The notes: generated from the letters alone by a model not told the origin. A stretch of DNA of 64,000 bases from Elsinoe ampelina (GCA_010093995.1 ML992511.1:425316-489315); one strand, 5' to 3'. Counted from the stretch's first letter, positions 47,449 through 60,685 are shown. Numbers and translations are program-made.

Positions 47449-50070
47449 CTATCTGTTCGTGGTAGCCGCGTCTTCGAAGGTCTTCCGTCGTACGAGCTTG
47501 TGATCATCCTCCCATGTCCATCTCAGGACTCTACGTGTTCCATCAGCCGGATTGTAACCAAACAAACGACAACAAGGCCATAGCATATAAATCCGTACAG
47601 TGTCGCACAAATAATAGGTACTATACGGGAGCCACCAGGTGTGGTACCGCCAGGCCCGCACCCTGTTCAACCCACGTCGTGCAGAGTCCAGGTCCCTTGT
47701 GTTCATGTGAGACTGGAGAGCCCATTGGAGAGATAGCAGAACGATGGCTGCCCCGGGCATCACCCCGCCAGAGATTGCGCTTTCGAACCAGAGGAATGAG
47801 CTCTTCGCTTGTTGACCGAAGAGACTGGCTTCGAAGTCGAGATATGCGTTCTGGCCTCGAGACCAGGTTCTGGACAGGCATGCGCAGGTCATGAAACCTC
47901 CTGTGGCATTGGCGAAGACGACGTAGAGCAGCCAGCCAGTGTTCATGATTTCGAGGGGGAGGATGAGGAATCTTTCCAGCCGGATAATGGTAGGACTGCG
48001 TTGGAGGAATCGGGGTGCAATGACCTTGGAGGGAGGTCCAGAAGATGGAGGTCCATCCTGGGCGCTATCAGACTCGCGCAAGTTTGTGGACTGCTGGTCT
48101 TGTGGACCGATATCTGCTCCACTTCCAGCAGTATTTCTGGTAGGCTGCGAACATTCGTCTTGGGGAATGGAAGCTGGATCTTGTGCGCCATCCGATTGGA
48201 AATTTGAGGTGTCTGTAACGTTTGGCGCATCATTTGTGAGCTTCGTGACAGTTGCATGGTTGCTGACTCCTTGATCCATGGTTGGCGAAGTGGGTTGAGG
48301 TTGGCTCTGATCATCACTTCTTACGTTCCCACGCGCCACGTCTTTGTCTCTGTCTTTCTGTTCGTTTGGCATCATTTGCGTCGGTCTGAGCCATGATTCA
48401 TCGGCGAAAGCTCCACATGGCTGAGTGGCGAGAGGCCATAATGCCAGTTCAATCAAACCGAGAGACAACGTAGCTACCAGATATATGAGATAGCTCCCAC
48501 TCCGACAGCCTAGGCCAATTTCCGGAGTGTAGTATGCAACAATGATAGCAAGAGTGCAGCTTCCGCCAACGATAACAACGGCGGCTACCAAACTCCAGAG
48601 GTCAGCTGGGCGTTGTAGCAGCCTCGACTTGCAAGACGAGGACCCAAGCACTAGGTGTGCCCAAGCAGAACCAGAGTCCTCCAGCCAATTGCGCCTACCA
48701 GGCTTGTATCTACCATTATCGCTTGGAAGTCTCCCAGCGTGGGTGTATTCGACGTCTGAGCAGATCGCGTGAGCGATACCGGTGTGCCACCGAACTCGGC
48801 CTTGTCCAGCAAAGGAATGGAAAATGGGAGCACTGGAGGTAATGGCGATTTGCTGATTATTTGTCCGGTCTTGCCGTCTGTGCTTTCCACCACAGCGCCG
48901 AGGATGTTCCAAGTTGACATCTGCTGCCAGTAATTGGTGGCAGAGCTGTCGGACGTTACAAAGCATGTCATCGATCGACTTCTCCGTCATGACCATATTC
49001 TCAGGATGGTACTTCTCTTTGATAATACAGGAGAAGTTGCTGAATATAGTGTCGTCCACTAGCGACCGCACGACTGATCCAACAAGCTCATTGAGATCGC
49101 TGATATCCTTGTCCGAGTCTGTGGGGTTTCTGTCAACCATCGATGCAAGCACAAATATAGGTGTCCACACGAGAAAAAGTCCGAGTGAGAAGCCTTCATT
49201 GAAAGAATCGTACAAAGTGAGTCCGAGGGCCACTGAGAACCAAAAGGTGGATGCCAAAACCGGAATCACAGCTTTCTTACGAGCCTGTCGCAATTCGGCT
49301 GCAAGAGCTCGTCGAGCCTGCTGTACGTTTCGTGCGTGATGGGGGCACTCGCAATGAGGACGCAAGTCGAGGTCTTGTGCAAACAAAGCAATACGGAGCA
49401 ATGCAATCAGACCACTCTGCGTGCCATTGCGAGATCTTGCAGGACCAACCACCGCCACATGTCGAATCGTGTACTGGTTCATGATCCCAAGAATGAAAAG
49501 GGAATCTCGCATGTCATGAAATTGGTCTTTGAGCAGATTTATTCGGTGGGCATCCACTGTGTCAGTGTCTTGTACGTCGCTGGTCGATTCTGGTGTATCG
49601 ATGTCGACCGACATGTCAGCTGGCGAGTGTTAGTCATTTCCAGTGCATATGCGAATGTCTTACTCATCAGGGCACAAAGACCTAAAGTCCTGATGCTCCA
49701 AAGCACATGGTATAGAGACATAAGTGGTGAGCCCAACCAGCGAAATAGCACAAGCACGTTTCTGCCGGCTTTGTTGGACTCGAATGGTGCTTGCGATCTG
49801 CCACCGTTGGCCAGTGGCTATATTGATTTGGATCATCACTTACATTACGGCTATTATTGGGAGGATCCACGTCAGTATTTGATCCGAAGTAAGCTGAAAA
49901 TCGTAGCGTTCTGGACCACTGCCGCACAGTTCTTGACAACCTGTGTATGTGATAAATGAGCGTCCTGCTCTTGCGACCGGGGCTGCGTAGACATAGCTTG
50001 ATATCCTCGGGTCATCAGCATCAATGCCTGCCTGAAAGGTTTGATAACACGATGTAAAATTGACAGTCAT
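47449..50070 (-). CDS. Multi-pass membrane protein of unknown function
   Basis: Exons joined by GTAAG..CAG introns at 49798-49843 and 49620-49663; C..LCG.G, TWILP...QAPFESN...RWLGSP, YYTPEIGLGCRSG; several TM helices. Confidence 0.75.
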
Positions 50071-50672
50071 GATTGACTCTTCACAGACGACCTGCCAGGA
50101 ACATCTGAGGGAAAGAGACTTTGCACGTCGGGATACAGTCTATGCATGAACGCCACTTCAGCCGCTCTCAGTCCCAATAAAGCTCAACGATTGGCAAATT
50201 GAAGCCCGTGTTGTGACACTCCACGTGCAGACATGGTCGATACTACCATTCTCCAGTGATCTTGCAGAGCTCTACGCAGTGTTTGCACGTATCTGCCATG
50301 TCATTGGTCATGATTGATGAGCCTGCGACATCCATGACTTTTTGTAGAAGGGGTCGACGGAGGAGAAGAAGCAAATGGATGGTACTCTGCTACTGGCCGT
50401 TTCGGGTGAATGCAGGCACGAAACCAACTGACGTAAGCGGCACCGTGGTTGTGCACTCTGATATGTGGACAACCGTAGCGCCGGTGAGCATGGTGTTGCA
50501 TCACATGCAAGCTGGAACTTGAGACGGTCGGTGCATCCCGCGACTTGGTCACACGAGTTCTTCCATCTCCTCCAGCAGATCGCCCATCCCACTTTTGCAG
50601 ACCCTGTCGCTCCTCCTGCACATCACCGACTTGACAAAAGACCCATTGAGACCTTCAATCGTAATTTGAGCC

Positions 50673-51342
50673 ATGTCGTACGCAGATGTCGCCGCCAGCG
50701 GGCCCAAGCAGACCGAAGAAGAGGTAGGTCCTTATCAGGATCGCGATACATGCATTCATGCTAACTCGACGCAGAAGTAAGTGACACGAAATTGTCCGCC
50801 CAAAGGAGCGTCGACTGACCTGGTCTCCCGCTAGGCGCGCCCCTGCGGTGCCCGAGATCCGCCATGAAGAATCTAGCGTCTCTTCGTTGATCGATGTCGA
50901 CAGCCCACATGTCTCTTCTGTTCCCTCCGACTTCGACACCCAATCCATCAAGACCGACACTCAAGCGGATCGCGAGCGCCTTGAGGCCGAGTCGCGCCAG
51001 AAGGTCGAGGAGGCAAAGGAGAAGGCCGGTGTCAAGAAGCAGCAGGCAAGGAACAAGGCCAAGCAGGCGGGCCAGACGCTCAGGGACAACAGCGACAACC
51101 CGGTCGTGATTGGAAACGCTGTGACAATCGCAGCTCTTGGTGGTCTGCTCGGAATCGGCGCTTACAGGAAATACACGGAGGGGACCTTCACCTGGAGGGT
51201 TGCAGGTCTGTGGGCTGGTGCCGTTGGGCTGTTTGGTGTTGCCGACTACTACGTTTCTCAGTAAGTGTTGGCAAAGCTGGGAGATACGTAAGTTGATATT
51301 GACCTTCGCAGGTACTTCTTCAAGAGATATCCCCCCAAGTAG
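50673..51342 (+). CDS. OM14-like mitochondrial outer-membrane protein, with a 2-nt microexon
   Basis: MSYADVAASGPKQTEEE-K-RAP, SLIDVDSPHVSSVPSDF, DNPVVIGNAV, C-terminal TM segments; exons 50673-50723, 50775-50776, 50835-51260, 51312-51342. Confidence 0.8.
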
Positions 51343-51783
51343 AGCAGATGTCATCGTCAGGGGAGGCGCAGGATTGGGGTCACGGAGGAAACAGTGGACA
51401 TCTCTTCTCTTTGTTTCAGAATCGCAATGGTAGTTTTGGAGCCTGGTGGGTGAGTTACCCTCTAGCAATAGAATCTTGGACGGTACCAGAACGGAACGCG
51501 CCGCTAATGATCAACTCTTCAATCTAACAATCAAACTGTGCAGACATGTAGACCGTGCAGGATCGGAGCGGCATTTGCCAGGGGGGCGTTCTGGTAGGTG
51601 CATTCACAAACGGAGCTCCTGCCTGAAACCCAGCAGGCGGCAGCCCACATGTCACGTGCGTCATGCAAACTCACCACCTGCTTTGAAGCTTCGTCTTCGT
51701 CCTATATTCCTTCATTCACCTTTCACCAGCTTCAAACTTCTATCAACATCTTTTGCAATTCACAATCGCTATCGCACAGCAGC

Positions 51784-52834
51784 ATGGCGCCGAACAAGCC
51801 TTCTGGCTCGCGACCTTCGCTTCCTCGCCAGGCAAAGACTAACGTGCAGTCTTACGCAGGCCAGGATGGTCCAAGTCATCGCGTTACAAAGAAGCGCTCC
51901 AAAGCGAAGACCACGACAGCGGCCACGCCGATCCCTGCACAGCAGCCACGACCCCGCGTAAGAAGGGGGGTTATACGTCTACCGACTCAGGTCCAAGCAA
52001 TGCCTCCTCCTCCTCCACCGCCGGCGACGCAGAATCCCCCCCAGCGCGTATATCCGGGCCGTCGCCCACGGCCACGACCAGCTGTGCCGACCATGCCCTT
52101 GCCCCTCGTCCAAGTCAGGGCCCGGACCACCGCGGCTCCTGTTCCTCCCCCTGCTTCAAGGCCGCCTTACTGCCAATTGTGTGGTGATGGTGGCGAAGAT
52201 ATGGAGCTTCTCAAGCAGGGCGACGTGCCCGAGGCATGCAGCAGCCATGTCTCATCCGCTTGCAAGCCATGCGTCATCCGCCACGCTCGCTCAGCCTTTC
52301 AGCGTGGATCTCTTCCGCACTGCGCATTCTGTGGCATCAGGTGGGAGTTCGGGCAGGCCGCTATGCTCTTTGACGCCGCGGAAACAGAGATTTTTGAAAG
52401 TCGCCTATCCAATCGCGCCATCGAGACCGACCCAATGTTCCGCTGGTGCGCGCAGGACAAATGTCCGTCCGGTCAAATCTACGTCGCCGACCTCGTCACC
52501 GAGGATCCAAAGGTCTGTTGCAACAGCTGTGAAAGCGTCAACTGTTTCTCGTGTCGTACTATCTGGCACGAAGGTATCAGCTGCAAGGATCACCAGGACC
52601 CTGTGAAGAGGGAAGAGGCATTGCTGAAGGACTACAAGGAGACTCTTGGTACTATGCGCAAGGCTGTCACAAAGAGGTGCCCGACCTGCGGCTGTGGGGT
52701 TGAGAAGACGGATGGATGCAATCACATGACCTGTAAGTGCTGATGTTGTCGCTGACCGCTTCTTGAAGATCTAACTTGCATCAGGCGCCAACTGTAGCGC
52801 CGACTTCAATTGGGATCTTGCATCAATAGTGTGA
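51784..52834 (+). CDS. RBR-type (RING-IBR-Rcat) E3 ubiquitin ligase-like protein
   Basis: RING1 (CQLC...C.SH...CKPC...CAFC), IBR (FRWCAQDKC...C..C....CFSC...WHEGISC), Rcat (KRCPTC...EKTDGCNHMTC); intron 52733-52784. Confidence 0.88.
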
Positions 52835-53499
52835 AGGAGGTGCCTTTATTCTACGACAGGTGATCATGAAGCGATGAAAGTGTGGATAAGATGGACGACG
52901 CTGAACTGCCACGACACAGTGGCTTCAAGACAAAAGGGTTGTGGGACAGTGGCCATGACATGACAGGCTGTGGAGTCTCCACATTCTCACCAGTGCATAC
53001 ACCACGGGGTGAATAGGGAGGCATGTTCTCGTCGGGCAGGCGATGACGACCATGCCCAGCGGACCAATAATTCAAGAGCAATGTTTTAGCGAGTATGATA
53101 ACAGTATGAGAAACCGAATCAGATATGCTTCATCTTTTACAGTCTTCTGAAGCCCGGCCCTGACAATCAAAGATCAGGGTCTCGATGATGGGCGAATTCG
53201 GCAGGAGATGGTTGAAGTTTTGGTGACAGCGGCCGCGGTTCCAGAAGGACACAATCTTTTATCTTGCAGGACTTGCGGAGCCTGGTTTGACCCTTGCAGA
53301 AAGCGCACCAATCGTTTCACCGCCGGACAAGCTTACAGTCGTTTGGAGTTCAACCGAGCTACCCCGGGCTTGGCGGTACTCTTTACCAACTTCTGCTTAC
53401 TAAAATTAGCTAGCTAGAAGTCTATAGAGAATACTATAGAAAATATTAATAAATTAAAGCTAAAAAAAGGTATAATAGTTACTATACTACTCTAATTAG

Positions 53500-54530
53500 A
53501 TTATTACTATTATAGTTAATTATTAAATAGCTAAACTAAAGCTAGTAGATATATAGTTCTTACTTACTAAAGGGTATACTAATTATACTATTTATACTAC
53601 TACTAAGGTAGCTAGAGCTATAATCTATTAAATTTAACTATTTCTTAAGTTCTTTAGTACTTCTTATTTTTCTATTAAAGCTTATATACTATACTCTTAT
53701 ACTTTTACTTCTTTCTTAGAAGATATAAGTTCTTTATAGCTAAGCTTTTTCTATACTAACTTATCTAAGAAAGTAATAGCTTACCTAAATAATATTTTTA
53801 CTACTTATCTTAATAAAGTTTAAGCTTTCTTAAGAGAGATATATAATTACTAGATATACTTAAGTATAATCTAGTATATAATCTAGTACTAGTAGTAGTT
53901 TTAAAAGGTAGCTAAGAAAGTAGTAGCTAAAAGAGATATAATACTTAAGATAAATTAGACTTAAAAGTATATACTTTAGCTACTTAATAAAATTATTTAT
54001 ATTAATAAGTTAGCTTATAATAAGTATATAGTATAGAAAAGATATAGGTAGGCGCCTATTAGTAAGAAGTATATAAATATCTAGCTAAAGTAGTATAGTA
54101 AAAAGTAAAGTATATTACTAGTTATTATTATTAATAGCTATCTCTCTAGTACCTTAATCTATTATAGATTAATTACTAGTAAGATCTTTATTAGCTAGCT
54201 AATAGATATAATAATACTAAAGCTTCTAGCTAGTATAATCTTTATTATAGATAATACTTTAATCTACTAGAGTAATAAGGTAAAGAAGCTAGTATAAAAG
54301 TATAAAAGTTACTTTAAATACTTACTACTTTATTTACTAGATTTTAATTCTATTAAGTAATTCTTCTTAGTATTAAAGATATAAGTAAAGTAATACTAGA
54401 ATCTAGTTACTAGATATAAGAAATATACTAATTTCTTAAAGCTAGCTATTTACTTATATAGTAGACTATATACTAAAGTATACTTTAAGAGCTATAAATA
54501 TAGTATAAGGTTATAGGAGATCTATTTAGT
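53500..54530 (+). mobile_element. Heavily RIPed Tc1/mariner (IS630-like DDE) transposase relic
   Basis: Reads INKL (from IDES, ~54001), FIIDNTLIY (from F.MDNASIH, ~54241) and YLLLYLLDFNSIK*FF..LK (from YLPPYSPDFNPIEQFF, ~54319-54378). TIRs not resolved; boundaries approximate. Confidence 0.75.
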
Positions 54531-55109
54531 ATATAAGAAATTACTTATATTAAATAAGTTTAATACTAAGACTTAGTAAAAACTCTTTACTACTACTATA
54601 ACTACTTTATACTATATATATACTACTCTAAGTTAAATAAACTAAGTCTAGTTTAGTAGCTAAACTAGATTAATATTTATCTTAGCTACTAAGCTAGTTA
54701 AATTATCTATTATAGTAGCTAATATAAATACTAATTTATATAGTATAAACTAGATAAAAGTATCTATTTTAACTACTAAGATAGTAAAGTATTTAGCTTA
54801 CTTAATTTAATCTAGCTTATATAACTATTTTAAAGTAATACTAGTACTTAAAAAGGCTAATTTAGCTTTAAATCTAGTATAGAAGGCCTTTATTAAAGGC
54901 CTAAGTATTTCTCTACCTATTTAAGTATATATCTCTTATACTATTAAGGTTATAATTCTCCTTCTTTAGCTTAAATTTAACTTAATCTAGTACTTAAATA
55001 TTTCTTTTAAAGCTTCTTTTTCTCTTTATCTACTTAAAGAATTTAGTTAAAACTTAATACAAGGTAGATACGAACTAGATTCAGTTAGGATATAGTTTAG
55101 ATTAGTTAT

Positions 55110-58100
55110 GTAATCTTAGTATTATAGCCTAGACTTCTAGCTACTTTGCCCTCGATATTATATATACTTTATATACTAGTTTTCTCTTTCTTCTTCTTCT
55201 AAGTCTTAATATCTTAATAAATAGATATAATTAACCTCTTGTCTTACTAGTTGTAATTACTATATCGAGACTTTAAAACGACCGCGACTAAGTAATAGAG
55301 CTATTAAACTATCTAGTTATTCTACTACTTATATAACTACTAATAACTACTACTTATAAAGAATTAAAGAATTAAAGAAAAAGCTATTATAACTATAGTT
55401 CCTATGCACACTATAATAGATCCTTGCTACTACTATATAGGTTAATACTATAAACCTTAAAGATATAAGAAGAAGGTAATAAGTTAAGTTATAGATAACT
55501 CTTAAAGAAAGTAAACTACTAGCTAAAAATTTTAATATTCTCTTTGTTATATATTAACGTTTTATACTGTTTTATTTACGACTAACTATACTAAGTATAG
55601 CTCGATCTAACTATAGCAACAAAGAGCGCTACTAAAGTAAGCTACCTTAACCTATCCCTAATAATAATAACACCTCTATCTACTCTCTCTACTATAATCT
55701 TTTTGCTCTCTTTAACGCTATACTCCTTAAGAAGCTATAGAAAGAGTATAGTATATAGGCACTAAGAGATATATTTAACTATATTAAGTCCTTCTATAAT
55801 AAGTAGACTACGTAGGTAAAAGGCACTTATACTAACGCTCTCTACTATTACTACGAGTTAGATACTACTTAGGCCTAGCTTAGTAACCTCTAATCTAAAC
55901 TAGATATATCTTAGTCCTATACTAACGGTATTACTACCTAAGCTACTTACTACCTAGATAAAATCTAAGAGCTTAAGGCTAAGGTAAACTAACTAAGAAA
56001 CGAGATAGAGCGTAGTATACTAGCCCTTTCTATACGTAGCTCTACTATAAGAGCGTAGTATTAGAGCGGCACTTAGTAGCGGCTAGTCCTACTTACGTAA
56101 CGTACTTAAATATTCTACGTAGCGCTTATACCTAGGGCTTAATAGTAATTAGTTCTACTACTAACGGATTGTTTAGTTAGATAGGTATTCTCTATATTAC
56201 GACATATATAGCTTTAATATAAGGCTTAATAGTTCTAATTACTCCTCTATAGTTATAATCTATTAGACCTTATAGATAACTAGAACTCTATTAGCGAGGT
56301 ACCTACACCTTATATAAACAATATTATAGAGATAGACTCTATTAAGTAGACTCCCCTAGAGAAAGAAGAAACTCTTACGAAGTAGCTACTATACCTACGC
56401 GCTAAGCGTAAGTGTTTAGAGCTAGAGCTTAAAGCTTAGAGCCTCGAGGAAGAGATTAAGTAAATATACTATATACGCGATATAGAATACTACTAAGGAG
56501 GCTTCGACTATAGCTTACGTACTTCTACTAAGTCTATAGTAAGTAACGCTAGCACGTAGAGTATACGTAGCAGTAGTAGACTATTTATAAAGCTATTCTC
56601 TAAATAACCTTAACTAAGAGAATCTTATCTCTATTAGAGTAAGACTCTAAAAGAGATAAGATTCTTCCTAAAGGATCTCGAGGTTATCTTTGCTCTAGCC
56701 TCTAAGGCTTACTCTACTAACTAGTAGAAGGTACTATATAGAGTTATATTTCTTATAGGTAAGCTAGATAAGATATAGTACTACTACTACTACGTAGATA
56801 GTCTAGAAGACTATATATAGGAGTAATTCTACTAGTTCGTATAGGACGTAGTTAATAACTCTATTAACTATAGAGTATACGTAACTCTCGTATATAAGAG
56901 TGCCTAATAACGTAAGAGCTAATCTATCTAAGCTTTTGCCTTAGAGCTTACTACTCTTAAGAAGTAACTAGCTCTCTACTCCGAGGAGTAGAGAGTATAC
57001 TACCTCCTTACTAAGCTATAGCCTACGCTATATACTACTATTATTAAATACTATACTATTCTAGCTATGCGCTAGGAGTTAGTCTCTTTAGACTTATATA
57101 TTAAGTCTATAGACTATACTAGTAGTAAGCGCGCTATACGAGAAGATAAAAGTAACTACCTATATAAGTATAGTAGTTATAGTAGCCCCTAAGAAGAATA
57201 CTACTACTAGTCTAGTAGTAGCTCTTAAGCTTACTATAAGCGTAAAGCTACTAGCTTACCTACTAAATAGTTTAGTAGGTAGAGAAGTTTCTCTAACAAG
57301 TAGAAGAAGAATACTAAGTACTATAGCTATAGCAAAACTAGTTATATTAAGCTAGAGTATAGGTTAAGGCACTTATAGAGAAACTATAAGTCGTAGGTAG
57401 TACGCTAGATTACTACTAGAGATAAGGTCGATAACTCTAAGCTAGTAAACTCTAAGGCCTTAGCTAGGAAGTATAACTAAGCTCTTCTTCTCTTTCTATT
57501 AACACTTACCTATCGCTACTCTATTATAGCACTATTATAGCGCCTATAGAGCGCAAAGACTATATATTCCTTATAGACAATTATATAGAAGTTAATCTTA
57601 TATCTTAGGTATTTACTCTTTATTATAATTTGCTAAGGGTTAAGTATGCTTAATATTTAAGTATATCTTTCTTTATAGAGTAAGCCGGATTCTACTATAG
57701 TATATACTAGCTTTACGTATGTCTAGTAGACTTCTATAGCGACCTTAGAGAGATAATTAGCCTCTTCTACGCTATAGACTTAGGACTAGGCCCTCTAGTT
57801 ATCTTAGGGCGCCTATAGTAAAGAAGATAATATATAATTATAAATAGCGCTATAGATAACTAGTTATATAGCTACTCCTTATATATAGTTTACTTACGCG
57901 AACTAGAAGACTTTATAAAGGACCTTAAAAACGAGCTAAGGGTATACGCTATAGTATAGACTCTACTTAAGGAGAGTACTTACGCCGTAGGCAACCTAGC
58001 TCTACTACTAAAGTTTATAGAGTTCTCTAACATCTTTATCTATAAGGATATTACTAACCTACTACGCTCTTTAGGCGCCGAGTATGTAATTAAGCTAGAG

Positions 58101-59739
58101 CTAAGTAAGAGGCTTCTATTCTAGCTCTTATATAATCTCTTAGTTAAGAAGCTTAAAGTGCTTAAGAACTATCTCGAGACTACTTAATTAAATAAGTAGA
58201 TTAGGCGCTCTATAAGCAAGGTAGGTACTTCTATTCTATTCGTACCTAAGAAAGATAGTAGTCTACGCTTATACGTAGATTATTAGAGCTTAAACGAGGT
58301 AACTATTAAGAATTGCTACTAGCTCTTACTTATTAGTAAGATGCTTAATTAGCTCGGGTAAGCCTAGTAGTTTTTAAAGTTAAATCTTAAAGATGCCTAC
58401 TATAGGATCTCTATTAAGCGTAGTAACAAGTAGAAGACTATATTCTATATATACTATAGCTATTTTAAGTATCTAGTTATACTCTTTAGATTAACTAACG
58501 CCCCTACTACCTTTTAAGCGTATATTAACAAGGCGTTAGAGGGGCTAGTTAATAACATCTATATCGTCTACCTTAATAATATTCTTATCTATAGTAACTT
58601 AAGGGAGAACTATATATACTATATATATAAGATTCTTACGAGACTATAGAAGTTTATATTGTATACTAGCCTTAAGAAGTATAAATTCTTCACTAAGGAA
58701 GTAGAATTCTTAGGCTATATTATCTCTACTATAGGCGTCTTAATAGATCTAAGTAGAGTAACTATAATTAAGAATTAGCTAAAGCCGAAAAGCTATTATA
58801 AAGTCTAGTAGTTTATAGGCTTTATAAACTTCTACTAGCGCTTTGTATAATACTACTCTAAGATTATTACTTCTCTCTCTAGCCTTCTTAAAGGCTTAGT
58901 TAAAGGTCGTAAGTATAGCTCTTTTATATAGGGTATAAGCAAATAGTAGACGTTTAAGAACATTAGGGATGCCTTTATACGTGCCTCTATTCTCTATTAC
59001 TATAATCCTACGCTGCTTCTACGTATTAAAAGCGATATGTTAAAGTTTATAGTAGCGGCAATTCTATCCTAGCTATTTAATAGTGCTTAGCACCTAATTG
59101 CCTTTTAGTTAAGGAAGTTTGTCCTAGCTAAGTATAATTATAAGACGTATAACTAAGAGCTATTAGCGATCGTATATATATTTAAGTAATAGTAATACTA
59201 CCTCGAAGGTGTCTTATATATAATCTAAGTACTTACTAACTATAATAATCTCTAAGGATTTATAAAGCTAAAATAGCTAAACGGCTAATAAGCTTACTAG
59301 GCTACCTTTCTTACTACTTTTAACTTTATAATAGAGTATTAGCTAGGTATAAGGAACCTAGCTAATACACTCTCGAGGCGCCCTAACTATATAGCGAAAG
59401 AGTAAGAGGTGTTATATCTCCTTTCTACTCTTTAGAATAAGCTTTATATATAGGACTAAACTACTAACGTTAAGGAAGCTATCTTACTTATTAGATATAT
59501 CTACGCTATATACGAGGCTACCCTAGAATAGGCCTAGGCCGCCTATATACTATATAGTAGCGACTTCTCTTCTAAGAACTTCTAGAGGCTTATAATAACC
59601 TAGCGAGTTATAGTTATAGTAACTATAAGAGAGGATCCCTTTAAAGATCTATCTACTAACCTAATATTAGTAGTAGAGCTACTATAGGGATAAGACCCCG
59701 AGATTATAAAGCTATATTTGTAAGTAGGGAGTAGTAGAG
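55110..59739 (+). mobile_element. RIPed Ty3/Gypsy element (family C): gag, protease, RT, RNase H; interrupted before integrase
   Basis: CCHC knuckle (Y.SY.K..Y....Y, ~57319-57360), protease FLIDN...VNLIS (~57567), ILFVPKKD.SLRLYVDY, YLNNILIYS (58569), RNase H Y.TY.*ELLAIV; 5' boundary approximate. Confidence 0.85.
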
Positions 59740-59846
59740 TAGAGTAGTTTTTAGGTTAGGTTAGGTACTAGAATTGCTACCTATAACCTAATCTATAGCG
59801 ATACTAGTACCTAAAGCTTAGTAACTGTAACTCTCTAAGCCTTAGG

Positions 59847-59926
59847 TAGTGTTACTTAGCCTTAGGTATATAGTTAGTTATAGTGTTACTTAGCCTTAGG
59901 TATATAGTTAGTTATAGTGTTACTTA
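59847..59926 (+). repeat. 34-bp tandem repeat, ~2.3 copies
   Basis: TAGTGTTACTTAGCCTTAGGTATATAGTTAGTTA at 59847-59880 and 59881-59914, partial copy at 59915-59926. Confidence 0.9.
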
Positions 59927-60018
59927 TAACACTACCTAATAGTACCTATAGGTACCTAAGAGTTAAGGAGTAGATATATATCTTAAGAACTTAAGATTTA
60001 GAAATTAAAATTCAAAAG

Positions 60019-60685
60019 TTAAAGGTTATAATTATGTTTATTAATTACGCTAATCTTGCTAGCACCTCCTATCTACTCTTATAGCCTACGCCTTACTTAC
60101 TTATTTACCTTTATAGAATAATTGTCCTTACTATAAACTGTCTAATTGTTCTAGTTATATATATTAAACTTTGTATAATAGCGACAAGCAAGCTATAAAT
60201 CTTTCTAGTTAATAGTAACTTACTTAGTATAAATACAATTAAGGTTTATGTCTAAGAATATTAGTATCTATAATAGTATTAAATTTAAACAATAGATACC
60301 TTCTATATACCTAACAATAAATGTCTCTATTACTTCCTAAAGTGCTTTAAGAGCTTTAGATTAGATATAAAAGCTTTTACCTTAACGAATATAGTCTCTA
60401 ATAATCTTATAGACAAGGCGGCTAAAGGAGAGCTTATAGTAGAGAAGTTTAGTTAACTTCTAGTAGCGATAAATCTCTTAGAGAGTAATAGCTACATAGT
60501 ATTAGTAATGTAACGTAATAATCAATTATAATAATTATACTACTAGCCTTAAACTTGTTCTTCTTTCTAGGAGCAATAGTTGTCTTATAAAGTTACTTAG
60601 TAGTAGAAGTCTTAGGTCTACTAGACGACTTACCCTTATAACTACAACTATAGGTTAGTACTATAGTACCTCTCTTAGGAGGCAT
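60019..60685 (-). pseudogene. RIPed histone H3-like (CenH3-like) gene with two introns
   Basis: Exons 60685-60541, 60491-60300 and 60251-60019 (GT..CTAAT..TAG introns, both phase 1) read MPPKRG...KFKAS-T-ITL*EIYRY*KLTKLLYYKLSFSRLVYKIIRDYIR*GKSFYI*SKALKAL*EVIETFIVRYIE-D-INLNCIYTK*VTIN*KDL*LACR. This is the H3 fold (GTVALREIRRYQKSTELL..KLPF.RLVREI...ALQE..E......EDTNL..IHAKRVTI..KD.QLARR) after C>T/G>A reversal. Confidence 0.9.

Noticed and set aside
18400..53400. Gene island as a Starship or secondary-metabolite cluster
   Set aside because: No tyrosine-recombinase captain and no PKS/NRPS/terpene backbone gene; the content is mostly core housekeeping genes.
54640..55030. Possible C-terminus of a second Tc1-like transposase on the minus strand
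   Set aside because: Too degraded; no catalytic motif could be read.
59751..59765. (TTAGG)3 as an interstitial telomere
   Set aside because: Only three units, not the TTAGGG typical of filamentous ascomycetes, and readily derived by RIP from subterminal transposon repeats.
59847..59926. 34-bp repeats as a CRISPR array
   Set aside because: Head-to-tail with no spacers, in eukaryotic DNA.
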